From positions 5,856 through 69,855 of the forward strand of contig JACIYN010000070.1 in assembly GCA_014359885.1 (NCBI GenBank): a stretch of 64,000 nt of DNA, in the 5' to 3' direction. Within the stretch, counting starts at the first letter, position 1, and the number at the start of each line of letters is the position of its first letter. The translations under genes and the position numbers were made by a program. Below, piece by piece: positions 44,510 to 54,576 of this stretch. Under the pieces are notes generated by a model. The model worked only from the letters and a program-made list of their open reading frames with translations. It was not told the origin of the DNA and searched no databases. The stretch is from Desulfacinum sp. (lineage in GTDB: Bacteria > Desulfobacterota > Syntrophobacteria > Syntrophobacterales > DSM-9756).

Positions 44510-46108
44510 ATGAGGCGTGTGAGTATCTACGACACCACGTTGCGCGATGGAACCCAGGCGGAGGACTTCAGCTTGTCCTTGCCGGACAAGATCCGGGTGG
44601 CCCTCAAACTGGACGACCTGGGCATTGACTACATCGAGGGGGGGTGGCCGGGATCCAATCCCAAGGATCAAGGCTTTTTCGAGGAGATTCGGAACTACGA
44701 ATTGAAACATGCCCGGATCGCCGCCTTCGGTTCCACCCACCATCCCGGCACCCGGCCGGAAAAGGACGCAAACCTGCGTTCTCTTCTGGACGCCAAAACC
44801 CGGGTCATCACCCTTTTTGGGAAGAGCTGGACGATCCATGTGAAAGACGCTCTCAAGATCGGCCTGGAGCGCAACCTGGAACTCATACGCGACAGCCTGG
44901 CCTACCTGAGACCCCATGTGGAAACGCTCTTTTATGACGCGGAGCACTTCTTCGACGGGTTTCGGGCCGATCCCGAGTATGCCCTGACCACGCTGGAAAA
45001 GGCCGTGGAGGGCGGAGCTGAATGCCTCATTTTGTGCGACACCAACGGAGGCAACCTGCCGTCCTTCATCGAGGAGGCCATGCGGGCGGTTCGGGAACGC
45101 TTCCCCGACGTTCCGTTGGGCATCCATGCCCACAACGATTCGGACCTGGCCGTGGCCAATTCGTTGAAGGCCGTGGAGATGGGCGCCGTGCAGGTGCAGG
45201 GGACCTTCAACGGGGTGGGGGAACGGTGTGGGAACGCCAATCTGTGTTCCATCATTCCCAACCTGTGCCTCAAGATGAACGTGCCCTGCCTGGAACCCGA
45301 CAAGCTCAAGAAACTGAGGGCGGTCAGCCGGTTCATCCTGGAGTTGGCCAACATGCCGCCCAACCGCTACCAGCCTTACGTGGGCCGGAGCGCCTTCGCC
45401 CACAAGGGAGGCGTGCACATCGCCGCGGTGGAGCGCAATCCGGCCACCTACGAACACATCGATCCCGAGCTGGTGGGCAACCGTCGCCGCTTTCTCATCT
45501 CGGAAGTGTCCGGCAAGGCGGCGGTGCGCTACAAGGCCGACGAGTACGGCATTTCCCTTTCCTCCACGGACCCGGTGGCCCTGGAGGTGCTCAAGCAGAT
45601 CAAGGAACTGGAGTATCAGGGCTACCAGTTCGAGGCGGCGGAAGCCAGTTTCGAACTCCTCATCAACCGAGCCATGGGACGGTCCAAGCGCTATTTTGAA
45701 CTCATCGGCTTCCGGGTGGTGGATCAGAAGCTCAGCGAGGATGAGGAACCCGTCTCCGAGGCCACCATCCGGGTGCGCGTGGGCGGGCAGGAAGAGCATA
45801 CGGCCGCCCTGGGACACGGTCCGGTCAACGCCCTGGACAATGCCTTGAGAAAGGCGCTGGAAAAATTCTATCCGGAACTGAAGGGCGTGGAACTGAGCGA
45901 TTACAAGGTGCGGGTGCTGCCCGGCAAGGAAGGCACGGCCTCCAAGGTCCGGGTGCTCATCGAATCCTACGACGGCAAGGAACACTGGGGAACGGTGGGC
46001 GTTTCCCATGACATCCTGGAAGCCAGCTGGCAGGCCCTGGTGGACAGTATCAATTACAAAATGTACATGAGCGAAAAAGAGAAAGGCGAAAGCCGCAAGG
46101 ACACATAG
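44510..46108 (+). CDS. cimA: Citramalate synthase
   Basis: YDTTLRDGTQAE, EGGWPGSNPKD, FYDAEHFFDG, HAHND, FAHKGGVH, YEHIDP. Confidence 0.92.
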   Translation: MRRVSIYDTTLRDGTQAEDFSLSLPDKIRVALKLDDLGIDYIEGGWPGSNPKDQGFFEEIRNYELKHARIAAFGSTHHPGTRPEKDANLRSLLDAKTRVITLFGKSWTIHVKDALKIGLERNLELIRDSLAYLRPHVETLFYDAEHFFDGFRADPEYALTTLEKAVEGGAECLILCDTNGGNLPSFIEEAMRAVRERFPDVPLGIHAHNDSDLAVANSLKAVEMGAVQVQGTFNGVGERCGNANLCSIIPNLCLKMNVPCLEPDKLKKLRAVSRFILELANMPPNRYQPYVGRSAFAHKGGVHIAAVERNPATYEHIDPELVGNRRRFLISEVSGKAAVRYKADEYGISLSSTDPVALEVLKQIKELEYQGYQFEAAEASFELLINRAMGRSKRYFELIGFRVVDQKLSEDEEPVSEATIRVRVGGQEEHTAALGHGPVNALDNALRKALEKFYPELKGVELSDYKVRVLPGKEGTASKVRVLIESYDGKEHWGTVGVSHDILEASWQALVDSINYKMYMSEKEKGESRKDT

Positions 46109-46193
46109 CGGCCGGCGGGTGCAACCTTCCTGCCGAGACGGCGATCATCATGGCCGGTGCCGTGGGGGAGGCTCGCCGAGAGCGGGGGGGATG

Positions 46194-46302
46194 CAGGGGC
46201 GGTTCGCGAACCGCCCCTGGGAGACTACCGAGGGCACGATGGCGAAAAGCTCGGGCGGTTTTTGCCGTTGTGATATGAGCGGGTGGGGATAAACCCCGCC
46301 CG
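46194..46302. repeat. REP cluster (CAGGGGCGGTTCGCGAACCGCCCCTG and family B copy)
   Basis: Two palindromes in the convergent cimA / UPF0210 intergenic region. Confidence 0.7.
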
Positions 46303-46449
46303 AATGAAGGCGGAGGAACCCGCTGCGCAGGGACGGGCTTGACGCCCGCCCGCCAAAATCGCGCCAAGGGAAGGAATCCCCCTGTTTGGCAAAGGGATTC
46401 CCGATGATGGCTTCCCGCCTCAAAATGCCGGGGGATTTCCCTTCCGTTT

Positions 46450-46612
46450 GTGGCCGCGGGGCTTCAGCCCCGCGGAGAAGGGTCCTCGTAACTCCATGAA
46501 GTGACAGGAAATACGCGATGGCCTATTCGACGGCCGGGGATTCCTCCGCAGCCCTGAAGGGCTGCGCTACGAGAAAAGAGGTCGTCAGCGCCGTTCTCAG
46601 ACACACTCCTAG
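46450..46612. mobile_element. Partial copy of the 215-bp MITE
   Basis: Same internal REP pair; degenerate right end GTTCTCAGACACACTC followed by CTAG. Confidence 0.75.
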
Positions 46613-47982
46613 TTGATCAAACTTTGGGTCGGCGCGGGGATGCGTCCTCCCAGCTTGATAAAGCCCGAGGACAGGTCGCCCCTGGGCGCGGGCATGATGA
46701 CGGCCTCTCCCAGAAGGCCCCCGAAATGGGCCTTTTCGCCCGCCTTCTTCCCCGGTACGGGGATCAACCGGGTGGCGGTGGTCTTTTTGTTGATGACCCC
46801 GATGGCCATCTCATCGGCGATGATCGCCGCCAACGTTTCCGCCGATACGTCGCCGGGCAGGGCCACCATGTCCAAGCCCACCGAACAGACACTCGTCATG
46901 GCCTCCAGTTTTTCCAGGCTCAGGTACCCTTCCGCGGCGGCTTGTGCGATGTTCAGGTCTTCGCTTACGGGAATGAAGGCGCCGGAAAGCCCGCCCACGT
47001 AGCTGCTGGCAAAGGCGCCGCCCTTTTTCACCGCATCGTTCAACAGGGCCAAAAGAGCCGTGGAGCCGGGAACCCCGATGCTCCTGAGCCCCAGGCTCTG
47101 GAAGATCTCTCCCACGCTGTCGCCCACGTTGGGCGTGGGCGCCAGACTCAGGTCCACCACCCCGAACGGGATGTCGAGCCTGCGCGCCACCTCCCGGCCG
47201 ATGAGCTCGCCTACGCTGGTCACTTTGAAGGCCGTGCGCTTGATGATGTCCGCCAATTGGCCCAAGTCCAGAGAAGGCTGGGTGCTCCGGGCCCGGTCGA
47301 TGGCCTTTCGCACGACCCCGGGGCCGCTTACGCCCACGTTGATCACGGCGTCCGGTTCCCCCACGCCCAGGTAGGCACCGGCCATGAAAGGAATGTCCTG
47401 GGGGATGTTGGCAAAGACGCAGAGCTTGGCACAGGCGATGCCGTCGGCGTGGGCGGTCTTGGCGGCGGCTTCCTTGATGGTTTGTCCCATCAGATAGACC
47501 GCATCCATGTTGATGCCCGCCCGGGTGCTGGCCACGTTGATGGAGGCGCAGACCCGCTCCGTTTGGGCCAGCGCCTCGGGGATGGCTTCGATGAGGGAGA
47601 GATCCCCCGTGGTAAATCCTTTCTCCACCAAAGCGCTGAATCCCCCGATGAAGTCCACCCCCGCTTCCTTGGCGGCCCGATCCAGCGTGTGGGCTATGGC
47701 GACCATCTCCCGGCTGTCGAAGGGGGCCGCCGCCACGGCGATGGGACTCACGGCGATGCGCTTGTTCACCACGGGAATGCCGTATTTCTCCCCCACTTCA
47801 TTGCAGGTGTCCACCAGCCGTTCGGCCAGCGACAGGATCTTGCGGTGAGCTTTGCGCCGGAAGGATTCCACGTCCTGGGCTGCGCAGTCGAAGAGACTCA
47901 CCCCCAGGGTGACCGTGCGCACATCCAGGTGTTCGTTTCGGAGCATCTCCAGTGTGGACAGGATTTCTCGATCGGATAGCAT
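46609..47982 (-). CDS. UPF0210 / PFL-family protein
   Basis: LDVRTVTLG, GIPVVNKRI, PFMAGA, KLEAMTSVCSVGLDM, GRIPAP. Confidence 0.92.
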   Translation of the reverse strand: MLSDREILSTLEMLRNEHLDVRTVTLGVSLFDCAAQDVESFRRKAHRKILSLAERLVDTCNEVGEKYGIPVVNKRIAVSPIAVAAAPFDSREMVAIAHTLDRAAKEAGVDFIGGFSALVEKGFTTGDLSLIEAIPEALAQTERVCASINVASTRAGINMDAVYLMGQTIKEAAAKTAHADGIACAKLCVFANIPQDIPFMAGAYLGVGEPDAVINVGVSGPGVVRKAIDRARSTQPSLDLGQLADIIKRTAFKVTSVGELIGREVARRLDIPFGVVDLSLAPTPNVGDSVGEIFQSLGLRSIGVPGSTALLALLNDAVKKGGAFASSYVGGLSGAFIPVSEDLNIAQAAAEGYLSLEKLEAMTSVCSVGLDMVALPGDVSAETLAAIIADEMAIGVINKKTTATRLIPVPGKKAGEKAHFGGLLGEAVIMPAPRGDLSSGFIKLGGRIPAPTQSLIN

Positions 47983-48042
47983 GGCTTCGGTTTTTCCCCC
48001 GTTCTCGAAATGGCCGCTCTTGGCCGGTCTTGCTCTTACGAT

Positions 48043-48600
48043 CTAGATGCGATGAATGGCCTGGAAGATGTCCCTGTGCTGGAGGCTGAGATCCAGCCCC
48101 AGTTCTTCGGCCCGGTCCCGCAGCGCTTTTCGGAAGGCCTTCTGATCTATCTCCAGGGGGATGTCCACCTCGTAGATCATCACGTTCCGGTGGGGATCCG
48201 TTCCTCCTCGGAACGCGGCCCGAAGGTTGGTGATGTTCACGCCGAACCGCGCCATGACTTCCGTGATGCCCGCCACCAGCCCGATGCGGTCGGGACCGAT
48301 GGTGATGACCACAAAGGGTTCGCGGGGCGGGGGCTCGTAAGCCGGCTGGGGGCTCACGGGACGCACCAAGGCGGCGAGGCCCAAAGGGGCGAGCCGTTCC
48401 TGCAGCCTTTCATGCAAGGTTTCCAGGGAAATATCTTCGGGGATGCCGGCGATGAAAACGCCCGCAAAGACCGACTGCAGGATGGTCTGGCTCACATCTT
48501 CAATGTTGCATCGGTTTTCGTAAAGGACCTTGGAGACGGAGGCCACGATGCCCGGCCGATCCGAACCCAGAACGCAGATGACGACCTTGTCCGAACTCAT
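48043..48600 (-). CDS. Double ACT-domain protein (GcvR-like)
   Basis: GSDRPGIVA, GPDRIGLVA, QHRDIFQAIHRI; usual partner of UPF0210. Confidence 0.88.
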   Translation of the reverse strand: MSSDKVVICVLGSDRPGIVASVSKVLYENRCNIEDVSQTILQSVFAGVFIAGIPEDISLETLHERLQERLAPLGLAALVRPVSPQPAYEPPPREPFVVITIGPDRIGLVAGITEVMARFGVNITNLRAAFRGGTDPHRNVMIYEVDIPLEIDQKAFRKALRDRAEELGLDLSLQHRDIFQAIHRI

Positions 48601-48888
48601 CGACTGTCTTCTCCCCTCACTGGAGGCTCTTGTCCATACGGCTTCCCATCTTTCTCCACCCCTGCAGGCGATCGGAGGGAGCGCACGCCCTTGCCGCATC
48701 GGGGATCCCGACGCTATCGCCGAGCGTTCCGCAAGTCAATGCCTACTTTCCTTTCCGAACAAAATTGTATCTCGACTTTGCCGGTCTCATCATGTTTAAG
48801 TAAGTAAATAACGTGTCTCAACCGGATGACGAAACGTATTCCACGCAACCCACAATTCCCGATGGTCCAAGAAAAGGAGCGTCAGGCC

Positions 48889-50382
48889 ATGAAGGTTCTA
48901 TTGGTCTATCCTCAGGTCAGTGAAACCTTTTGGAGTTTCAAGCACGCGCTCCGGGTGGTGCGCCGGAAGGCCGCTTTCCCCCCGCTGGGCCTTCTCACCG
49001 TGTCGGCGCTTTTGCCGGCGCACTGGGAGCGGCGGCTCGTGGACATGAATGTGCAACCTTTGGAGGACCGCCTGATCCGATGGGCCGACTACGTCTTCGT
49101 CAGCGCCATGATCGCTCAGCGCAAGTCCACCCGGGAGGTGGTGGATCGTTGCAAGGCCTTGGGCGTCCCGGTGGTGGGGGGTGGTCCCCTTTTCTACGGC
49201 TACGCCGAGGATTTTCCCGATGTGGACCACCTGGTCATCGGGGAGGGAGAGGCGGTGGTTCCGGAGCTGGCGGACGACCTGGAAGCCGGAACGGCCCGGA
49301 GGATGTATCGCTCCGATCTTCATCCGCCGCTGGATTCCACGCCGCTTCCCCATTGGGATCTTATCCGGCTCAACCAGTACGCCAGCATGGCCGTCCAGTA
49401 TTCCCGGGGGTGTCCCTACAATTGCGAATTCTGCGACATCATCGTGCTGAACGGACGCCGGCCCCGGACCAAGTCGCCGGAACAGATGATCCGCAAACTG
49501 GAGGCCCTCTATCGCCGCGCGTGGCGAGGCTCGGTCTTCATCGTGGACGACAACTTCATCGGCAACAAGAGCCGGGTGAAGGGGGTGCTCGAGGAGATCA
49601 TCCGATGGCAGGAACGGAGGGGGCGAAAGTTCAGCTTCTTTACGGAGGCTTCCGTGGACCTGGCCGAGGATTCCGAGCTGATGGATCTCATGGTTCGGGC
49701 GGGGTTCAACAAGGTGTTTTTGGGCCTGGAAACGCCGGAACCGGAAAGCCTCAAGGAATGCGGCAAGGTCCAGAACCTGCGACGCAGCCTGGATGAGTCG
49801 GTGCGCATCATCCAGAACCATGGACTGGCCGTGATGGGGGGCTTCATCATCGGTTTCGACAACGACCCTCCCGACATCTTCCAACGGCAGGTGGAGTTCG
49901 TGCAAACGGCCGGCGTGGTGACGGCCATGATCGGATTGCTGACGGCGGTGCCCGAGACCCGTCTCTACAAGCGGCTGGAACGGGAAGGACGCCTGCTTTT
50001 CAAGGCAAGCGGGGACAACACCAGCACCGAAGGGACGCTCAACTTCGTGCCCAGGATGGACAGGCAGAAGATCCTGGATGGGTACCGGTGGGTCATGGAA
50101 ACCATCTATTCTCCGCAGATGTATTACGAGCGGATCAAGGCGTTCCTGGAAAGCTACCAGCCCCGGGCCAAAGCGGCTCTGGAAAAGAACGACCTGATCA
50201 CGTTCCTTCGCTCCCTGTGGTATCTGGGGGTGCGCGACACCCGGGAATCAAGGGCCTGTTACTGGAAGCTGATCAAGGAGTCGCTCCTTCATTACCGGAG
50301 GTCGCTGGTGGATGTGGTGACCATGTTGGTCTACGGCTATCATTTCCGGAAGCTTTTCTGGTCCGGCTCCCGCGAAGAGTGA
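48889..50382 (+). CDS. B12-binding radical SAM protein (DUF4070 type)
   Basis: TFWSF, PPLGLLTV, SRGCPYNCEFCD, DDNFIGN. Confidence 0.9.
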   Translation: MKVLLVYPQVSETFWSFKHALRVVRRKAAFPPLGLLTVSALLPAHWERRLVDMNVQPLEDRLIRWADYVFVSAMIAQRKSTREVVDRCKALGVPVVGGGPLFYGYAEDFPDVDHLVIGEGEAVVPELADDLEAGTARRMYRSDLHPPLDSTPLPHWDLIRLNQYASMAVQYSRGCPYNCEFCDIIVLNGRRPRTKSPEQMIRKLEALYRRAWRGSVFIVDDNFIGNKSRVKGVLEEIIRWQERRGRKFSFFTEASVDLAEDSELMDLMVRAGFNKVFLGLETPEPESLKECGKVQNLRRSLDESVRIIQNHGLAVMGGFIIGFDNDPPDIFQRQVEFVQTAGVVTAMIGLLTAVPETRLYKRLEREGRLLFKASGDNTSTEGTLNFVPRMDRQKILDGYRWVMETIYSPQMYYERIKAFLESYQPRAKAALEKNDLITFLRSLWYLGVRDTRESRACYWKLIKESLLHYRRSLVDVVTMLVYGYHFRKLFWSGSREE

Positions 50383-50450
50383 AACGCGTATTCCCGAAGC
50401 AGGAAGAGGCTGTAGGGGCCAATGCTCATTCGCCCCTGCAGCCCGCGGGC
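50380..50450. repeat. Degenerate copy of the 95-bp element / family A REP
   Basis: TGAAACGCG...CTGTAGGGGCCAATGCTCATTCGCCCCTGCAG. Confidence 0.6.
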
Positions 50451-50971
50451 ATGGAAGGCACGCCGCCGGAGAAGGCGCCTCGTTCCGGGGGATCGGCTGA
50501 AGCGTCCGGATGCAGGTCATCGAACCGATCTTCCAGGTCCCGCGACCCGAAGACAAGCCGGAAGCTGCGGGCGGTGACATCCCGGATCTCGATATGGATG
50601 TCCAGTCGCTCTTCGGGCAGATAGCCCCCCAGCCTTTCGGGCCACTCCACCACCGCCACCCCGCTTCCGAAAAGGGCTTCCCGCCACGGAAGCGTTTCCA
50701 GTTCGTCCACATCTCCAATGCGGTAGAGATCCAGGTGGTAGAGCCGGACCCGTCCCTCGTATTCGTTGATGATCGTGAACGTGGGGCTCGTGATCGGAAT
50801 CTCTTCGGGAACGCCCAGACCTCGGGCGATGCCCCCGGCGAGGAAGGTCTTTCCGGCTCCCAGTTCCCCCCACAGCGCCACCACGTCCCCGGCCCGGAGG
50901 CGCTCTCCAACGGCTCGGCCCAGGGCGTGGCTGGCTTCCGGGCAGTCGGTGATGATCGTCCGTTCCCTCAT
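50426..50971 (-). CDS. tsaE: tRNA threonylcarbamoyladenosine biosynthesis ATPase
   Basis: GELGAGKT, ITSPTF, HLDLYR, VEWPE. Confidence 0.92.
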   Translation of the reverse strand: MRERTIITDCPEASHALGRAVGERLRAGDVVALWGELGAGKTFLAGGIARGLGVPEEIPITSPTFTIINEYEGRVRLYHLDLYRIGDVDELETLPWREALFGSGVAVVEWPERLGGYLPEERLDIHIEIRDVTARSFRLVFGSRDLEDRFDDLHPDASADPPERGAFSGGVPSMPAGCRGE

Positions 50972-51036
50972 GGTGTCCCTTGATGCTGCTGGAAGGTTTT
51001 TGGATGCTGTCCGGTTATGGACCCGCAGGCATCTTC

Positions 51037-51095
51037 CCTGGGAGCGCGGGCCTCCGGACCGCACAAGAAGCGGGCGAGACGCCCGCGCTCCCAGG
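51037..51095. repeat. GGAG-type REP doublet
   Basis: CCTGGGAGCGCGGGCCTCCGGACCGC...GCGGGCGAGACGCCCGCGCTCCCAGG. Confidence 0.75.
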
Positions 51096-51121
51096 AAAAT
51101 GTCATGTCGGACAGGTTGCCA

Positions 51122-51336
51122 GGAGCCTGTCCGAGAATGGAAATCCGTACAAGATGCCGGGAAATTCACGTTCTCTTCGTAGCCGCGGGGCTTCAGCCCC
51201 GCGGAAAGGGCCATCGTAACCCCATGAAGTGACGGGAAATGAGCGATGGCCTATCCGACATCCTAAGGTTCTCCCGCAGCCCTAAAGGGCTGCGCTACGG
51301 AAAAAGAGGTCGCCCGCGGCATTCTCGGACAGGCTG
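51122..51336. mobile_element. Full copy of the 215-bp MITE
   Basis: Perfect 16-bp inverted repeat AGCCTGTCCGAGAATG (51124-51139) / CATTCTCGGACAGGCT (51320-51335); flanks CCAG and CTAG. Confidence 0.85.
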
Positions 51337-52914
51337 CTAGCTCCGGGGCGGCCCCGTTTCGTCTCCGCTTTCCAGTTGTCCCACCAGGGCGGGGATCACC
51401 GGCAGAAGGTCCGTTGCCATGAGCCCGCGGGTTGTGGCGTTTCCGGTCACTTCTTCGGCGGCCAGTCCGTGGAGATAGACGCCCAGGCAGGCCGCGCGGA
51501 AGGGCTCCAGCCCTTGGGCCACCAAACCGGCGATCATCCCCGTGAGCACGTCTCCCATGCCTCCGCTGGCCATGGCGGGGGTTCCCGTCCTGTTCACCGC
51601 CAGGCGGCCGTCGGGGGCCGCCAGCAGGGTGCCATGCCCCTTCAGGACCACGATCGCGTTGTGTCGACGGCTGAATTCCGCGGCCACATCCAGCCGCTTG
51701 TCCTGGACCTGGGGGACCGAAAGGCCGGCCAGTCGTGCCATCTCGCCGGGATGGGGCGTTAGGATCACCGGTGCTTTGGCCTTGGCCAGCGGAGCGGGAT
51801 CCTGGGCGAGGAGGGTCAGGGCGTCCGCGTCCAGCACCAGGGGAACCGGGCTTTTTTCCACCAGTTCCTTCAGCAACGTCCGGGTCTCCTCGTGGAGGGA
51901 AATGCCGGGGCCCGCCGCCAGCGCCTCCTTGTCGGCCATGAACTCCAGGATGGTCTCTCGTGCCGAAAGGGCCACGCTTTGCCCTTCCGTTTCGTCCACG
52001 GGGAGGGTCATGGCTTCCGTGAGCTTCACCTCCATCACGGGATTGAGCGATCGCGGCACAAAGAGGGTCACCAGGCCGGCGCCCACCCGCAGGGCGCCTT
52101 CACACACCAGGGCGGCCGCCCCCGTCTTACCCGCGGACCCCGAAAGGACGCACAGGTGTCCGGCGCGGCCCTTGTGGGTGTCCGCCGGTCGGGGAGATAT
52201 CCAGGCCGAGCACACCTCCCGGTCCAGGAGCCACCTTTGGATCCCGCAGGATGCCGTCACGTCCGGCGGGATGCCGATGTCCACCACATGAACGCGGCCC
52301 GATCGGGAGGGTCCCTCGCCCACCACGTGCCCGACCTTGAGAAGGCCGAAGGTGGCCGTGGCCGTGGCCTTGATGGCGGTGCCCAACACCCGCCCGGTTC
52401 CGGCATGCAGACCCGAGGGAACATCCACCGAAAGGACGGGTTTGCCGAGGGCATTGACCGCGTCGATCACTTCCCGGTAGAGCCCCCGGACCTCGCTTTG
52501 CAGGCCGGTTCCCAGAAGGGCATCCAGGATCACGTCGGCCTTCTGCACGTGGGCGAACTGCAGGGCGAAGTCTTCCCTTTCGTCCCAGTGATAGACGGGA
52601 ATCCCCAGGCGATGGAGGATGTTGTAGTTGATCAGGGCATCGCCCTTCAGTCGATGGGCGGGGCGCAGACACACCACGCGCACCGGAGCCCCTTTGCCAT
52701 GGAAGATCCTTGCCAGGGCGAATCCGTCTCCGGCGTTGTTTCCCGAACCGGCCAGCACGACGATGTGCCGACGGGCCAGGTCGGGGAGCACGGCTTCGAA
52801 AAAGGCTGCGGCGCCGCGCGCCGCATTTTCCATCAGGACAATTCCCGGGATGCCGATCTCTTCAATGGTCTTTCGATCCAGTTCAGCCATTTCCGAGGCG
52901 GTTGCCAGGAGCAT
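51337..52914 (-). CDS. nnr: Bifunctional NAD(P)H-hydrate epimerase/dehydratase
   Basis: LMENAA, GSGNNAGDG, DVPSG, THKG, LDADAL, TPHPGEM, GGMGDVLTG. Confidence 0.93.
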   Translation of the reverse strand: MLLATASEMAELDRKTIEEIGIPGIVLMENAARGAAAFFEAVLPDLARRHIVVLAGSGNNAGDGFALARIFHGKGAPVRVVCLRPAHRLKGDALINYNILHRLGIPVYHWDEREDFALQFAHVQKADVILDALLGTGLQSEVRGLYREVIDAVNALGKPVLSVDVPSGLHAGTGRVLGTAIKATATATFGLLKVGHVVGEGPSRSGRVHVVDIGIPPDVTASCGIQRWLLDREVCSAWISPRPADTHKGRAGHLCVLSGSAGKTGAAALVCEGALRVGAGLVTLFVPRSLNPVMEVKLTEAMTLPVDETEGQSVALSARETILEFMADKEALAAGPGISLHEETRTLLKELVEKSPVPLVLDADALTLLAQDPAPLAKAKAPVILTPHPGEMARLAGLSVPQVQDKRLDVAAEFSRRHNAIVVLKGHGTLLAAPDGRLAVNRTGTPAMASGGMGDVLTGMIAGLVAQGLEPFRAACLGVYLHGLAAEEVTGNATTRGLMATDLLPVIPALVGQLESGDETGPPRS

Positions 52915-53356
52915 GGTGTTCGGCCTCCTCACCGTCCGTGACGTGGGGATCGGATGTTCGGCTGCTGTCCGTCGGGTCGCCTTCCAGGACCACCACCGCC
53001 GCGCCGTAAAGGCCGTCGTCGGTGAGGCTCACGTGCCACGATCGAACGCCGCGTTCTTCCACGAATCGGCGAGCCCGTTGGGAAAGGACCACGTAGGGTC
53101 TTCCGGCGGCGTCGTTTCTCACTTCCATGTCCCGCCAGTGCAGAGGGGCCCGGATGCCCGTGCCCAGGGCCTTGGCAAAGGCCTCCTTGGCGGCGAACCG
53201 CATGGCCAGGCACGGCACCTGTGCGGCCTTGGCGCTGCACGCCTGCTGCTCCTGCGGGGTGAACAGGCGGTCCAGGAACCGGGCCCCCCAACGCTGAAGG
53301 CCCGCCCCGATGCGATCCACCCGCACCAGATCGATCCCTATCCCATAGACTGCCAT
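52883..53356 (-). CDS. acpS: Holo-[acyl-carrier-protein] synthase
   Basis: GIGIDLV, RFAAKEAFAKALGTG, HVSLTD. Confidence 0.92.
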   Translation of the reverse strand: MAVYGIGIDLVRVDRIGAGLQRWGARFLDRLFTPQEQQACSAKAAQVPCLAMRFAAKEAFAKALGTGIRAPLHWRDMEVRNDAAGRPYVVLSQRARRFVEERGVRSWHVSLTDDGLYGAAVVVLEGDPTDSSRTSDPHVTDGEEAEHHAPGNRLGNG

Positions 53357-54072
53357 GATCCGGTCACCAGGGCGATCATCTCCCGAACGGCCCGTTCCAG
53401 TCCCACCAGAACGGCCCGGGCGATGACCGCATGGCCGATGCTGAATTCCTCGATTTCCCGGATGTTTCGAAGCCACAGAATGTTCCGGTAGTCCACGCCG
53501 TGTCCCGCATGGACGGCGAGGCCCAGCTTGGCGGCCAGTTTGGCGGCGTTTTCCACCCGCTCGAACTCTTCCTGCCGGCGGATATAGGTGGCGGCCTCCG
53601 CAAAGGGACCGGTGTGAATCTCCACACAGTCCGCTTCGATCTTGTGGGCCGTCTTGATCTGTTTGGGATCCGGGTTGATGAAGAGGCTGACCGGTATTCC
53701 CCCCTGATGGAGCACCTTGATGACTTCGCGCAGATTGTCCTCATAGAGGACCACGTCCAAGCCGCCCTCGGTGGTCAGTTCCTGTCGTTTTTCGGGAACC
53801 AGGGTGACGATGTCCGGCTTGATGCGCAGGGCGATTTGAATCATTTCCTGGGTTGCGGCCATCTCCAGATTGAGGCGCGTTTTGACCGTCTTGCGAAGGA
53901 TCTCCACGTCCCGGTCCTGGATGTGGCGCCTGTCTTCCCGTAGATGCACCACCACGCCGTGGGCTCCCGCCAGTTCCACCAGCGCCGCCGCCGTTACAGG
54001 ATCGGGCTCGGGGGCCAGCCTCGCCTGTCTCACCGTCGCCACGTGATCCACATTGATGGCTACCCGTGCCAC
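53338..54072 (-). CDS. pdxJ: Pyridoxine 5'-phosphate synthase
   Basis: NVDHVATVRQAR, HLREDRRHIQD, VPEKRQELTTEGG, HAGHG. Confidence 0.95.
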   Translation of the reverse strand: MARVAINVDHVATVRQARLAPEPDPVTAAALVELAGAHGVVVHLREDRRHIQDRDVEILRKTVKTRLNLEMAATQEMIQIALRIKPDIVTLVPEKRQELTTEGGLDVVLYEDNLREVIKVLHQGGIPVSLFINPDPKQIKTAHKIEADCVEIHTGPFAEAATYIRRQEEFERVENAAKLAAKLGLAVHAGHGVDYRNILWLRNIREIEEFSIGHAVIARAVLVGLERAVREMIALVTGSWQSMG

Positions 54073-54075
54073 TTC

Positions 54076-54576
54076 CTAATCCTCCTTTTCCCGTTTCCCA
54101 TAAGTGGACGAAGTCTCATACCACGCAAACCCGCCGGGATCGTGCCCCAAGAGTGACAAAAGGTCCAGGGTTTTGCGGTCCATTTCCCGGGCCTCTTCCG
54201 GGTCGGTGTGGTCGTAGCCGACCAGATGGAGGACGCCGTGGATGAGCAGCAGGTCCAGCACGGCCTCCAGGGACAGGTTGTGTTCGTCCGCCATGGCCCC
54301 CGCCGTTTCCACAGACAAAACCACGTCTCCCAGCATCTGCGGAGCGACGTCCCCGAATTCCCCTTCGCCCATGGGGAAGGAAAGCACATCGGTGGGTTCG
54401 TCCACACCCCGGTATTGGGAGTTCAATTCCCGGATGGTCTCATCGTCCACAACGGCGAGGCTCAACTCGGCGTCACTGCAACCCAAGGCGCTTAAGATCC
54501 GCTCGGCCGCCTGTTCCATTCGCCGCCGGTTTATCCTTGTCCGGCTTGGACTCACGCTGATTTGAATCTCCGCCAT
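54076..54576 (-). CDS. ybeY: rRNA maturation endoribonuclease YbeY
   Basis: YRGVDEPTDVLSF, HGVLHLVGYDH. Confidence 0.93.
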   Translation of the reverse strand: MAEIQISVSPSRTRINRRRMEQAAERILSALGCSDAELSLAVVDDETIRELNSQYRGVDEPTDVLSFPMGEGEFGDVAPQMLGDVVLSVETAGAMADEHNLSLEAVLDLLLIHGVLHLVGYDHTDPEEAREMDRKTLDLLSLLGHDPGGFAWYETSSTYGKREKED

